A stretch of 59,298 nucleotides of DNA from an uncultured Verrucomicrobiae bacterium (GTDB taxonomy: Bacteria > Verrucomicrobiota > Verrucomicrobiia > Chthoniobacterales > JAFAMB01). The stretch covers positions 1 to 59,298 of the forward strand of contig CAVXLD010000006.1 in the NCBI GenBank assembly GCA_963762565.1, given 5' to 3'. Positions within the stretch are counted from its first letter, which is position 1. Every line of letters starts with the position of its first letter. A model generated the notes under the pieces. That model saw nothing but the letters and a program-made list of their open reading frames with translations, made no database searches and was not told where the DNA came from. The translations under genes were made by a program, and so were the position numbers. Of the stretch, positions 9,886 through 21,138 are shown one piece after another.

Positions 9886-10005
9886 GGAGGGCGCGCGTCC
9901 CCGCGCGCCGCGAGGACGTGCCACAACCTAAAGGTGTATTTTTGTCCGCGATTTACCACATGTCCTCGCCTTCGGTACAGCGGATCGCGAGGACGCGATC
10001 CCTCC
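9886..10005. repeat. GGAG-type paired REP-like element (family D)
   Basis: GGAG-GGCGCGCG-TCCC-CGCGCGCC ... GGATCGCG-AGGA-CGCGATCC-CTCC; homologous copies at about 29895 and 37487. Confidence 0.85.
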
Positions 10006-10160
10006 CGGGGCCCATTCCGAGAACGAAGCCTCGGGAACAGCGCTGGACCGAAATCTCATTGACAGTTTTAATGAATCCGCTTTGATGAGCGGTTTGCGCG
10101 TTGTCCTTCCGAGCTTTGCGCGAGGGTCGCGATGTGCTAACGTGACTCGTTATTTAGCCT

Positions 10161-12185
10161 ATGGCAGAACAAGATCCTAGATCCCCGAAACAGGATAAGA
10201 ATTCTCGGAATTTCGGGAACGATAATAACAACTTCAATTGGCGCGGTGTCCTGCTCGTTGCCTGCGCGATCGCTTTGTTGGGAGGCTTCTTCTTCTCTCG
10301 CAGCGGCGCTTACGGAAACGTTGAAGACATTTCCTACACAGATTTCCAGCAGTACCTCGATGAGGGACGGATTAGCAAAGAAGAACCTTTGCAGCTGGTG
10401 GTGACAGAAGGGAAACCGACGCAAATTCTACGGGGCGCTTTTGATAAGGAGCGCAGACCAGGGGCCGGTTCCACGGCGCCAGATCACTTCAAGACCACGG
10501 TCTTTTTAGAGTTCAATAAAGACCTGAAATCCGAACTGGAAGCGAAAGGGTATAAGGTCGATATCCGGGCGGATTCTGACGTGATGTTCACGGCGCTGAT
10601 GCAAATCGCGCCAATCGTCTTCATCATGGTCATCCTATACTTTTTCTTCCGGCAGCAGATCCGTAACGCCGGACGGGGCGCCTTATCGTTTGGTAAGAGC
10701 AAAGCCCGAATGCTGGCTAGGGACCGCAACCGGGTGACGTTCAAGGACGTCGCCGGGGTCGAAGAGGCCAAGGAAGAAGTTCAGGAAATCGTCGACTTTC
10801 TAAAGGACCCGAAAAAGTTTCAAAAACTGGGCGGACGGATTCCGAAAGGGGTATTGATGGTTGGCCCTCCCGGTACCGGAAAGACGCTGATAGCGCGGGC
10901 TATCGCGGGAGAAGCCGATGTGCCTTTCTTTAGCATCAGCGGCTCCGACTTTGTGGAAATGTTTGTCGGCGTGGGTGCTTCCCGAGTTCGGGATATGTTT
11001 GAGCAGGGCAAGAAGTCTGCGCCTTGCATCATCTTTATCGACGAGATTGATGCGGTCGGCCGGCATCGTGGTCACGGCTTAGGCGGCGGGCATGATGAGC
11101 GGGAGCAGACGCTGAACGCGTTGCTGGTGGAAATGGACGGATTTGACACGCAGGAAGGCGTGATCATTATCGCTGCCACCAACCGGCCTGACGTGTTGGA
11201 TCCGGCGTTGCTGCGTCCTGGCCGTTTTGATCGCCAGATCACGGTTAATCTCCCTGACGTAAAGGGCAGAGAAGAGATTCTGCGGGTTCATGCCAAACGA
11301 GTTAAGTTGGCCGAGGGAGTTGATCTTGCGGTCGTGGGTCGTGGGACCCCGGGATACTCCGGCGCTGAGCTGGCCAATGTGATCAACGAAGCGGCGTTGT
11401 TAGCGGCGCGCCGAGGTCTTAAAGCCATTACCATGGCCGAGCTGGAAGAAGCTCGCGATAAGGTACGCTGGGGTAAAGAACGCCGGAGCCTGGCGATCAG
11501 CGAAAAAGAAAAGGAAAATACGGCGTACCATGAGGCCGGCCATGCCTTGCTTTGCGAGGTACTGGATCACACCGATCCGGTCCATAAAGTGACCATTATT
11601 CCACGTGGCCCGTCCCTGGGGTCCACCATGTATTTGCCCGTTGAGGACAGATACAATAACCGCAAGAACGAGTTGCTTGATCGCTTGGTTGTGATCATGG
11701 GCGGCCGCGTCGCGGAAGAGATGATCTTCGGCGATGTCACCAGTGGTGCTTCCGGAGACATCCGCATGGCGACTGGTATCGCCCGGAAGATGGTGTGCGA
11801 ATGGGGGATGAGCGAGCGCCTCGGCATGGTCGAGTATGGAGAGCACGAAGACTACGTTTTCTTAGGTCGAGATATTGCTCGGTCGCGAGCGTACAGCGAG
11901 GCGACTGCACAGGAGATCGATCGGGAAGTGAAACGTCTGTGCGACGACGCCTACCAGCGCGCGATGAAACATTTGACTCAGCGCAAGGAAATCCTCATTG
12001 GGATCGCAAAGGCGCTGTTGGAGTATGAAACGCTGGGCGGCAGCGAGGTCCGCGAGATCATCAACAACGGCAGGCTGATAAATCCGCCTCCGCCGATTCC
12101 GTCGACCCCGGTCGACAATCGGCCGGAAGAATCGCGGTTGCCGCGTCCGGAAGGGTTAGGTGGTCTGACCGAAGCGCCGGTCTAA
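10161..12185 (+). CDS. ftsH: ATP-dependent zinc metalloprotease FtsH
   Basis: Two TMs; GPPGTGKT Walker A; IFIDEID; SRH; HEAGH zinc motif. Confidence 0.98.
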   Translation: MAEQDPRSPKQDKNSRNFGNDNNNFNWRGVLLVACAIALLGGFFFSRSGAYGNVEDISYTDFQQYLDEGRISKEEPLQLVVTEGKPTQILRGAFDKERRPGAGSTAPDHFKTTVFLEFNKDLKSELEAKGYKVDIRADSDVMFTALMQIAPIVFIMVILYFFFRQQIRNAGRGALSFGKSKARMLARDRNRVTFKDVAGVEEAKEEVQEIVDFLKDPKKFQKLGGRIPKGVLMVGPPGTGKTLIARAIAGEADVPFFSISGSDFVEMFVGVGASRVRDMFEQGKKSAPCIIFIDEIDAVGRHRGHGLGGGHDEREQTLNALLVEMDGFDTQEGVIIIAATNRPDVLDPALLRPGRFDRQITVNLPDVKGREEILRVHAKRVKLAEGVDLAVVGRGTPGYSGAELANVINEAALLAARRGLKAITMAELEEARDKVRWGKERRSLAISEKEKENTAYHEAGHALLCEVLDHTDPVHKVTIIPRGPSLGSTMYLPVEDRYNNRKNELLDRLVVIMGGRVAEEMIFGDVTSGASGDIRMATGIARKMVCEWGMSERLGMVEYGEHEDYVFLGRDIARSRAYSEATAQEIDREVKRLCDDAYQRAMKHLTQRKEILIGIAKALLEYETLGGSEVREIINNGRLINPPPPIPSTPVDNRPEESRLPRPEGLGGLTEAPV

Positions 12186-12241
12186 AGAGGAGGAGCTAGG
12201 AGCTAGAATCTAGTAGCTAGTAGCATTCATAGTCTGTTTGC

Positions 12242-12270
12242 AAAAAAGGGCCGCGAAAGCGGCCTTTTTT
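12242..12270 (+). terminator. Rho-independent (bidirectional) terminator after ftsH
   Basis: AAAAAAG-GGCCGC-GAAA-GCGGCC-TTTTTT. Confidence 0.85.
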
Positions 12271-12274
12271 GTTG

Positions 12275-12593
12275 TCGGTAGGGCGAAGACCCGACTTCGC
12301 AGGGCCTACGTCGCGGCTAATCTCGCGGCGTGCCACAATACTGAACAGGGCCGCGCCAAAGCGTAGCGGCGGCGGGTCTCGGTGCGCCGACTAGGTGCTA
12401 CCCCTAATCGCTATTCCGCGCCGGATTTGAGCCGCTCCGTGCGCATAGCATCCCCAAGATACGCCCCGAAAATATAAACGTGGGATCCGCGACAATTCAT
12501 TAGGGATGGCAGCTCCACGGAACGGCTCAAAACCGGCGCGGATGTCATATAGAGGAATCATGTCCTCGCCGCGCCGAGTTTTCGCCCCACCGA
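12275..12593. repeat. GTAG-type paired element (family B), left arm interrupted; flanked by inverted heptamer arrays at 12190-12223 and 12627-12658
   Basis: GGTAGGGCGAAG... CGCGCCGGATTTGAGCC ... GGCTCAAAACCGGCGCG ... CGCGCCGAGTTTTCGCCCCACC. Confidence 0.85.
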
Positions 12594-12734
12594 CCAAGGG
12601 CATAATCGCCGCATCGCCCTTTCGCCTCCTAGCTCCTAGATTCTAGCTCCTAGCTCCTTTTTCTTCTTTAGTTGACGCCCGGGGGTGTCCCAGTTAATTG
12701 GCTGGGTCCTTCAATGAAATTGGAGCAGAATTAA

Positions 12735-13772
<1,038 letters not shown>

Positions 13773-13786
13773 GCGGATACCGATTT

Positions 13787-14995
13787 ATGGCGAAGCTCTC
13801 GGTACGCGACCTCGAAGTAAAGGGGCGCAGGGTTTTGACCCGCGTCGATTTCAATGTCCCAACGGAAGAAACGGATGCGGGACCGCGGATTACGGATGAC
13901 ACCCGGATTCGCGAAAGCCTGCCTACGATCGACCTGATCCGCGAGAAAGGCGGGAAGGTGGTGTTGTTGGCCCACTTCGGCAGGCCGAAAGGCAAGCCGA
14001 ACCCAAAATACACGCTAAAGCTGGTTGCTGATCATCTTGGCAAGCTGTTGGGAACGACGGTCGGATTTTCGCCCGAGGTCGTTGGACCCTCCGCCGAGAC
14101 CGCTACCAAATCACTCTCGGAAGGCGGCGTACTCTTGATTGAAAATGTTCGCTTCTTTGAGGGTGAAGAAGCGAACGATCCGGAGTTCGCCAAGCGATTG
14201 GCGAGTTTAGGCGACGTGTATGTAAACGATGCTTTCGGCGCGGCGCATCGAGCCCATGCCAGCACGGCGGGGGTCGCACAGTTCCTGCAGCCTGCAGCGA
14301 TGGGTCTCCTGATGGAGCGCGAGTTGAAATACCTACAGGATGAGCTGGCGAAGCCGGAACGTCCGTTTCTGGTGATCTTGGGCGGAGCCAAGGTTTCCGA
14401 TAAGATCGGCGTGATCAAAGCGCTGATGGAGAAGGCGGATGTGTTCCTGATTGGAGGGGCGATGGCCTATACGTTTTATCGGGCCATTGGGATCCCGACG
14501 GGAGCCAGCCGGGTCGAAGAGGACAAAGTTCATCTGGCCGATGAGCTCTTGAGCTTGGCAGAAAAGAAGGGGATTAAGTTCCTCCTGCCAGTAGACAACA
14601 TCGAGACCGACGAATTTCGGGCGGGAGCGAACTCTCGCAATACTCCAGTTCTGAGCAAGGAGAATGGGATCACCGAGGGCTGGCAGGCCGTCGATATCGG
14701 GCAAGAGACGGTTCGGCTATATCGGGCAGAAATCGCCAAGGCGAAAACAATTCTCTGGAACGGGCCAGTTGGTGTGTTCGAGATTCCAGATTTTGCCAAT
14801 GGCACGCGGCAACTGGCAATCGCCCTGGCAGAGTCCGGCGCCAAGACGATCATCGGCGGCGGAGACTCAGTCACGGCGGTGAATCAATTTGGGTTAGCCG
14901 ACAAAATGACTTTTATTTCCACCGGTGGCGGCGCTTCCCTCGAGTTGTTGGAAGGCAAAACTCTCCCTGGGGTCGCTGCGCTCACCGATAAGTAG
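13787..14995 (+). CDS. pgk: Phosphoglycerate kinase (start at ATG 13787, MAKLSV)
   Basis: [40 protein letters not shown]. Confidence 0.99.
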   Translation: MAKLSVRDLEVKGRRVLTRVDFNVPTEETDAGPRITDDTRIRESLPTIDLIREKGGKVVLLAHFGRPKGKPNPKYTLKLVADHLGKLLGTTVGFSPEVVGPSAETATKSLSEGGVLLIENVRFFEGEEANDPEFAKRLASLGDVYVNDAFGAAHRAHASTAGVAQFLQPAAMGLLMERELKYLQDELAKPERPFLVILGGAKVSDKIGVIKALMEKADVFLIGGAMAYTFYRAIGIPTGASRVEEDKVHLADELLSLAEKKGIKFLLPVDNIETDEFRAGANSRNTPVLSKENGITEGWQAVDIGQETVRLYRAEIAKAKTILWNGPVGVFEIPDFANGTRQLAIALAESGAKTIIGGGDSVTAVNQFGLADKMTFISTGGGASLELLEGKTLPGVAALTDK

Positions 14996-14997
14996 TT

Positions 14998-15768
14998 ATG
15001 CGTAAGAAGATTCTGGCTGCCAATTGGAAGATGAACCTCACACACTTAGAGGCGGAGTCTTACGTGAAGGCGTTCCTCCATGAGGTGGGCGAGGTGAACG
15101 ACGTGGAGATCGTGATCATTCCGTCATTTACGTCGATTCCTACCTTGGCCCAAGCCTCGGGTGATGCGCCGTTTATTCGGCTGGGCGCCCAAAATATGCA
15201 TTGGGAGAAGAGCGGAGCTTTCACAGGGGAGGTCAGCGCGACGATGCTCCGGGCCCTGTTTGTTAAGTATGTTGTTATCGGGCATAGCGAACGCAGAGCC
15301 TTATTCGGAGAAACCGATGAGACGGTTCAAAAGAAAGTTCATGCCGCGCTGGAGTCAGGACTACGCCCGATCATGTGCATTGGTGAGACACTCGAGGAGC
15401 GAGAGTCAGGATCCTGTCAAAAAGTCCTGCACCGGCAGGTTGAGAAGGGCTTGAATGGGGTTAGCGCTGATCATCTTTCTGAGATCGTTTTAGCCTACGA
15501 GCCAATTTGGGCGATCGGTACGGGCCGGACGGCTACGCCTGCGCAAGCAGAGGAAGTGCACGCATTTTTACGGTCCTTACTTGGGGAACTTTTCGACCGA
15601 AGCGCCGCCGATCGGACTCGGATTCAGTATGGGGGCAGTGTTAAACCTGAGAACGCTGAGGATTTGATGCGTCAGCCGAATATTGACGGCGCGCTGGTCG
15701 GTGGGGCTAGCCTGGACGCGCACAGTTTTGCGAGGATTGTTCGGGCGACCGAGAAAGCGCTAACCTGA
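14998..15768 (+). CDS. tpiA: Triosephosphate isomerase
   Basis: [32 protein letters not shown]. Confidence 0.99.
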   Translation: MRKKILAANWKMNLTHLEAESYVKAFLHEVGEVNDVEIVIIPSFTSIPTLAQASGDAPFIRLGAQNMHWEKSGAFTGEVSATMLRALFVKYVVIGHSERRALFGETDETVQKKVHAALESGLRPIMCIGETLEERESGSCQKVLHRQVEKGLNGVSADHLSEIVLAYEPIWAIGTGRTATPAQAEEVHAFLRSLLGELFDRSAADRTRIQYGGSVKPENAEDLMRQPNIDGALVGGASLDAHSFARIVRATEKALT

Positions 15769-15784
15769 AGCGCTGAAGGCAAAC

Positions 15785-16251
15785 GTGGAGCGCGCCTCGC
15801 TTGCGAGGCCGTGGTGAACAAGGCGAAATCGGGAATGGACACGTTTCCTTACCTGCGCTCTGTATCGCCCCGATTTGAGGTGCGGACTAGACCGCTATCT
15901 GGTCTTGCAATCACGATGTCTTCCAATCCCCGGTCGGGTGCCTAATTGCCGTACGATAGAGCACTGCACGAGCAGACGTTTATTTAACTGTGTCGCCCTG
16001 TTTACCACGGCCTCGCAAGCGAGACACGCTCCACCGGGGGTGGCGACCCCTTCGGCCTCGCAAGCGAGGCACGCTCCACGGGGTGGCGACCCCTTTCGGC
16101 CTCGCAAGCGAGGCACGCTCCACGGGGTGGCGACCCCTTCGGCCTCGCAAGCGAGGCACGCTCCACGGGGTGGCGACCCCTTTCGGCCTCGCAAGCGAGG
16201 CACGCTCCACGGGGGCGACCCTTTCGGCGTCGCAAGCGAGGCAGCGCTCCA
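15785..16251. repeat. GTGG-type REP-like element (family C): inverted pair followed by a tandem array of 43-44-bp units (6 cores)
   Basis: GTGGAGCGCGCCTCGCTTGCGAGGCCG at 15785; repeated CGGCCTCGCAAGCGAGGCACGCTCCAC with GGGGTGGCGACCCCTT linkers. Confidence 0.92.
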
Positions 16252-16258
16252 GTAGTTC

Positions 16259-17506
16259 CTAAGAGTTTTTGGCGGCGGGGGTGGCGCTGGCTTGCTTTTT
16301 CTCTTCCTGAGTGGGGCGGACCTTTACCTTTTGGCCGGCGGTTAGGCTGTCGGAGGGATTGACGATGATTCTGTCGTCGATGGTCACTCCTTGAGTGACC
16401 TCTAATTGGTTACCCAGATCGCGGCCGATTTTAATCTTCTTCAACTCCACGACATTATTCTGGTCCACAACTCCAACGGCAGCGCCTTCGGATCGAAAGA
16501 GCAAGGTATTTGCTGGGACCAGCACGGACCGGTTGCTTCCTTGGGTAACCAAGCGGACCTGGGTATAAGCCCCTGGATATAGTTCACCCGATTCATTCGG
16601 GACATCGACCTCAGTTAGTAATGTGCGCGAATTAGGATCGATAGCACCGGCAGTGCGAACCACTTTACCGGAGAATTCTTTACCGGGAAACTCGTTGAAC
16701 GTCAGTTCGGCGGTTGCTCCAACCGCGACATCTTGCGCCATGTTCTCGGGCACGTTCACATAGACGCGTAATGGTTTCACTTGCGCCACGGTAAAGAGAG
16801 GATTGCCCGAACCTGAGTTAACCAGGGCGCCGATATCGGTATTTCTTGCGGTTACAATTCCATCAAATGGGGATTTGACGGTCTTGAAGTCTTCAAGCGC
16901 TTGCAAGCTCATCACCGCCGCTTGGTCCGCATTGACTGTGGCCTGTTTTACGCCGAGATCACTGGTGGCGGTATCAAAGTCTTGTTGTGCGATTACCCGC
17001 CGTTGAAGCAGGTCCTGATCTCGTTTGTAAGTTACGAGAGAGAGATCGAGGGCCGCTTGCGCTTCCTTGAGTGTCGCTTTGGTCTGATTTAATTGTTGGT
17101 CGACCTGGGGGGTGTCGATTTCAGCGAGAACGTCTCCCGCTTTCACCTGGGCGCCGATATCAAAATACCATTTCTTTAAATACCCGCTGGTTTGAGCGAA
17201 GACGGGTGCTTGGATGTAGGCTTGGGTTTGCCCTGGGAGTTCTAGCGAAACTGTGGCAGGCAGCCGGTTGGGTTTAACGACAGTCACTGTTAGCTCGGAA
17301 GCGACTTGGTTTGCCTGTTGCTCAAGTTTCTCGGTCGCAGCCGACCGGGTCATTACACCATATACGGCCAGCGCTGCCAGGCAGACCACGCCCGCTAACA
17401 AGACAAGGATCAGCCGGCCGCCTTGCCGCGCACGCTTGGCGCCTGGGGATCCCTGAGCGGGGCTGGAGTCTCGTTTCTGTTTTTTTTGAAGAACGGTTTC
17501 GTCCAT
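16259..17506 (-). CDS. RND efflux periplasmic adaptor (membrane fusion protein)
   Basis: N-terminal TM; DIGAQVKAGDVLAEI and SPFDGIVT lipoyl halves; AIDPNSRTL. Confidence 0.95.
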   Translation of the reverse strand: MDETVLQKKQKRDSSPAQGSPGAKRARQGGRLILVLLAGVVCLAALAVYGVMTRSAATEKLEQQANQVASELTVTVVKPNRLPATVSLELPGQTQAYIQAPVFAQTSGYLKKWYFDIGAQVKAGDVLAEIDTPQVDQQLNQTKATLKEAQAALDLSLVTYKRDQDLLQRRVIAQQDFDTATSDLGVKQATVNADQAAVMSLQALEDFKTVKSPFDGIVTARNTDIGALVNSGSGNPLFTVAQVKPLRVYVNVPENMAQDVAVGATAELTFNEFPGKEFSGKVVRTAGAIDPNSRTLLTEVDVPNESGELYPGAYTQVRLVTQGSNRSVLVPANTLLFRSEGAAVGVVDQNNVVELKKIKIGRDLGNQLEVTQGVTIDDRIIVNPSDSLTAGQKVKVRPTQEEKKQASATPAAKNS

Positions 17507-17535
17507 ATAGCTTCAGTTCCAAAAAGGGACCTACA

Positions 17536-20500
17536 TCATGGTTTAGCGGGTTCGGGTTTGTCAGCCTGTTCAGGGAAATGGTAGTGGCGCCGGACCATCA
17601 TAAAGACGGTAGGTACAAAGAACAAGGTACCGACAGTAGCCAGGATCAGTCCACCGATAACGGCTCGGCCGAGGGGCGCGTTCTGTTCGCCGCCCTCACC
17701 CAAGCTCAACGCCATGGGTACCATACCGATAATCATAGCGAGAGCGGTCATGACGACAGGTCGTAAACGAATGTAACCCGCTTGCAGGGCAGCCTGATAA
17801 GAGTCTCTCACTTCAAGCAATTTTTCGTTAGCGAACGTGATCACTAATACGCTGTTAGAAGTAGCGACCCCCATACACATAATGGCTCCCATTAGTGCCG
17901 GAACGCTCAGCGTCGTGCCGGTGAGAAACAAAATCCAGACGATGCCGGCTAAAGCGCAGGGTAGCGCCGTGATAATAATAAACGGCTCTGTCCACGACTG
18001 GAAGTTTACCACCATCAACAGATAAACCAGGACGATCGAAAAGATTAATCCCATGTAGAGACCGGAGAAGGAAGATTGCATCGTCTTCGTCTGTCCACGA
18101 ATGATGATTAAACTTCCCTTAGGTAAATCTTTCTTGGCCGCATCGACCAGCTTCTGGACCTGATTCGACACATACCCCAGATCCTTGCCATCGACATTGC
18201 CGTAAATGTTAATCACCGGCCGAATGTCGTAGTGGTCTACTACAGGTGAAGTTGTGCTGCGCGAGATTTCAGCGACGTTAGCCAAAATCTGAGGTGCTCC
18301 GGTCCCGCCCAGAATCGGTAAATTTCGGAGCGCGCTCAGCGAGTCCATCTGATATTGGGGCTCCATCGTGCTTACTTGATAGTTGACCCCGTTTTTCGGA
18401 TCGACCCAGAAGTTCTGGGTCGTCGATTGTGAGCCGGCTAAGGCGCCTAGAACGCTGTTAGCAACGTTCTGTTCCTGGACACCGAGCATAGAAGCTTTCG
18501 TTCTATCAACGGTCACATTGAAGCGGGGCACATCATTTGGTTCCTGAATGCGCAAATCCACTAGGCCCGCCACTCTGCGCATCTGACTCATCAACCGGCT
18601 GGCAAACTGAAAATTCGCGTTCTTATTCAGACCTTGGACCTGGACGTTGATGGGCGCAGGCAATCCGAAATTCAAGATCTGGGCTACGATATCTGCCGGA
18701 GGAAACCAGAACTCAACTTCCGGAAAATTCCGCGGCATCTGCCTGCGGATAGCTCGGATGTAGTCGTTAGTCGGACTATGATTTTCTTTGAGCGATACAA
18801 TGATGTCGCCATCCGCGGAGCTAGTGGTCCCGCTGGTATTATAGGACGTATTGATTCCGCTATAAGGAATGCCCAGATTATCGATGATACCGTCGAGTTG
18901 ATTCGCTGGGATTGTCCGCCGCAGCATCTGCTCAACTTCGTCAACCGTCCGCGCTGTTTCTTCGATGCGAGTTCCGGCCCTCATCCGGATATGCATATCG
19001 AAACGACCGGCATCAACGCTGGGAAAGAAATCTTGGCCAAGGAAAGGAAAGAGACCGAGGGATGCGACGGCGAAGGCAATGACCGCAACCACCGTAATCT
19101 TGGGGTGACGCAAACAGATGCTTAACAGGTCGCGATATCCTTCTCGGAACTTGCTGAAGTTGCCCTCAAACCTTCGTGAGATTCTGCCAAAGATCGTCTT
19201 GGGAGCTGCCGGCTCATGGGAGCGATGGCGATCCAACTCGGGCGGGAGCAGGTATTTCGCGAAAGTAGGAACAACCGTTCGCGATAAGAGATATGAAGCC
19301 AGCATGGCGAACACGACCGCTTCAGCGAGAGGTACAAAGAGATATTTGGCTGTCCCGGCGAGGAAAAAAATCGGGACAAACACAATGCAAATACAAAGGG
19401 TCGATACGAGAGCCGGCACCGCGATCTGGGCGGCTCCCTGCAGGATGCAGTGATGCATATCACCCCCTTCAGCCATGTTTCGATGGATGTTCTCAATTTC
19501 AACGGTTGCATCGTCGACTAGAATACCAACTGCCAGAGCCATTCCGCCGAGGGTCATGATATTGATCGTTTCACCCAGCATGCTCAGCACTACGATGGAA
19601 CAGAGAATAGAGAGCGGAATGGAAACACAGATGATCAGCGTGCTGCGCCAGCTGCTCAGGAACAAAAGGATCATCAATGCGGTTAAAGCAGCGGCGATGA
19701 CGGCTTCGCGGAGCACGTTTTGAATGGCAGCGCTTACGAAGATCGATTGGTCCGTCAATAACGTAAGTTTCAGGTTCTCTGCGCCGGGCGGAAGCGTCTG
19801 CTTGATCTCGGGCAATTTCTTTTTTACGCCGTCCACGATGTCCAGAGTGGAAGCGGCTCCGATCTTCTGGACATCCAGCATCGCCGCTCGGGAGCCATCA
19901 AAACGGACCACATTGGTTTGAGGGATAAAGCCGCTCCGGACATTGGCAACATCGCGTACGTAAATGGTGCTGCCATTCGGAAGCGATTTGATTGGGAGCG
20001 CGTTAAGCTCTTCAATCGTTTCCGGACTCGAATTGAGATCAACCTGATACTCGAATTGACCGATCTTCATCGTCCCGGAGGGGAGGATCAGGTTTTGACT
20101 GCCCATTGCATTGACGACGTCAATCGGCGTCAGATGGAGGGCTTGTAGTTTTTGATAATCCAAATCGACCGACACGTATCGCTGTTTACCGCCATATGGG
20201 TAGGGAACACCTACGCCCGGCACCGTGATGATTTGGGTGCGGACGAACTGCATAGCTAAATCGTTGAGCTGTTGCTCAGAAAGCCCCTGGCCGGATAAGC
20301 CGACTCGAAGCACCGGCACATTCGTGGCGGTGTAAGCGATAACCAACGGCGGGGTCATCCCGGGAGGCATTTGCCGAAGCGCAGCTTGCGAAATCGAAGT
20401 GACTTGGGCTACGCCGGCGGCCAGGCTAGTACCCGGCTGCAGAAATATCTTTACGATCGAGCTCCCATACATCGACTGCGACTCGATGTGCTCGATATTA

Positions 20501-20727
20501 TCAACCGTGGTGGTCAACCCTCGTTCAAATAGAGAAGTAATATGGGATTCCATCCCCTCCGGGGACATCCCGGCGTAACCCCAGAGGACTGAAACCACTG
20601 GTATATTAATAGAAGGAAAGATGTCCTTCGGAGTCCTTACAATGGCCACGCCGCCGGCGATCAGAATCAGAATCGCAAAGACCGTGAAGGTATAGGGACG
20701 TCGAAGTGCTAGAGCTACGATCCACAT
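17536..20727 (-). CDS. RND efflux permease (AcrB/AcrD/AcrF family)
   Basis: 1063 aa; ALAVGILVDDATVEIENI; RLRPVVMTALAMIIG; PLGRAVIGGL. Confidence 0.97.
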   Translation of the reverse strand: MWIVALALRRPYTFTVFAILILIAGGVAIVRTPKDIFPSINIPVVSVLWGYAGMSPEGMESHITSLFERGLTTTVDNIEHIESQSMYGSSIVKIFLQPGTSLAAGVAQVTSISQAALRQMPPGMTPPLVIAYTATNVPVLRVGLSGQGLSEQQLNDLAMQFVRTQIITVPGVGVPYPYGGKQRYVSVDLDYQKLQALHLTPIDVVNAMGSQNLILPSGTMKIGQFEYQVDLNSSPETIEELNALPIKSLPNGSTIYVRDVANVRSGFIPQTNVVRFDGSRAAMLDVQKIGAASTLDIVDGVKKKLPEIKQTLPPGAENLKLTLLTDQSIFVSAAIQNVLREAVIAAALTALMILLFLSSWRSTLIICVSIPLSILCSIVVLSMLGETINIMTLGGMALAVGILVDDATVEIENIHRNMAEGGDMHHCILQGAAQIAVPALVSTLCICIVFVPIFFLAGTAKYLFVPLAEAVVFAMLASYLLSRTVVPTFAKYLLPPELDRHRSHEPAAPKTIFGRISRRFEGNFSKFREGYRDLLSICLRHPKITVVAVIAFAVASLGLFPFLGQDFFPSVDAGRFDMHIRMRAGTRIEETARTVDEVEQMLRRTIPANQLDGIIDNLGIPYSGINTSYNTSGTTSSADGDIIVSLKENHSPTNDYIRAIRRQMPRNFPEVEFWFPPADIVAQILNFGLPAPINVQVQGLNKNANFQFASRLMSQMRRVAGLVDLRIQEPNDVPRFNVTVDRTKASMLGVQEQNVANSVLGALAGSQSTTQNFWVDPKNGVNYQVSTMEPQYQMDSLSALRNLPILGGTGAPQILANVAEISRSTTSPVVDHYDIRPVINIYGNVDGKDLGYVSNQVQKLVDAAKKDLPKGSLIIIRGQTKTMQSSFSGLYMGLIFSIVLVYLLMVVNFQSWTEPFIIITALPCALAGIVWILFLTGTTLSVPALMGAIMCMGVATSNSVLVITFANEKLLEVRDSYQAALQAGYIRLRPVVMTALAMIIGMVPMALSLGEGGEQNAPLGRAVIGGLILATVGTLFFVPTVFMMVRRHYHFPEQADKPEPAKP

Positions 20728-21138
20728 GGCTGTTGTTTAGTTTCGGGGATAGGCTGGCATCCGGACGGGGTGGGAAGTACTATTGCCAAGGGAAGGCGTA
20801 AACCGACAGATTGGTCAAGCGTCTGGCCCCTCGTGAGATCGTCATAACCGTCCGCAAGTTATGCGATCTGCATGGTCTCCGGTGCATTAAGCAGCTTCTC
20901 ATCGTAGTCGGGTTCTCGTTGGCGCTAGGGGAGCCCAAATGGCTCGGAAATGCATACGCATTTTCCGAGCCATTTGGGCTACAGCAGTCAGAATCCGGCT
21001 TAGCCGGCTTCTGCTGCTAATGTCATGGCCGACCAGAATGACAGAGTTCAGGCCCTAGAATGGATGCGGAAGCACCTATTCTAGGACCAATAGCGCACAA
21101 TGACCTTCGGTCGGCGACGACCAAAGGTCATTGTGCGC

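Noticed and set aside
16006..16251. CRISPR array
   Set aside because: The 16-17-nt 'spacers' are essentially identical, the repeat is dispersed elsewhere as inverted pairs, and no cas genes are present.
15875..16262. Several ORFs with repeated peptides
   Set aside because: They are translations of the family C tandem repeat and are open in many frames.
20760..21138. tmRNA or a known riboswitch
   Set aside because: No tRNA-like ends, no tag ending in AA-stop, and no riboswitch consensus recognised by eye; an Rfam scan is still advisable.
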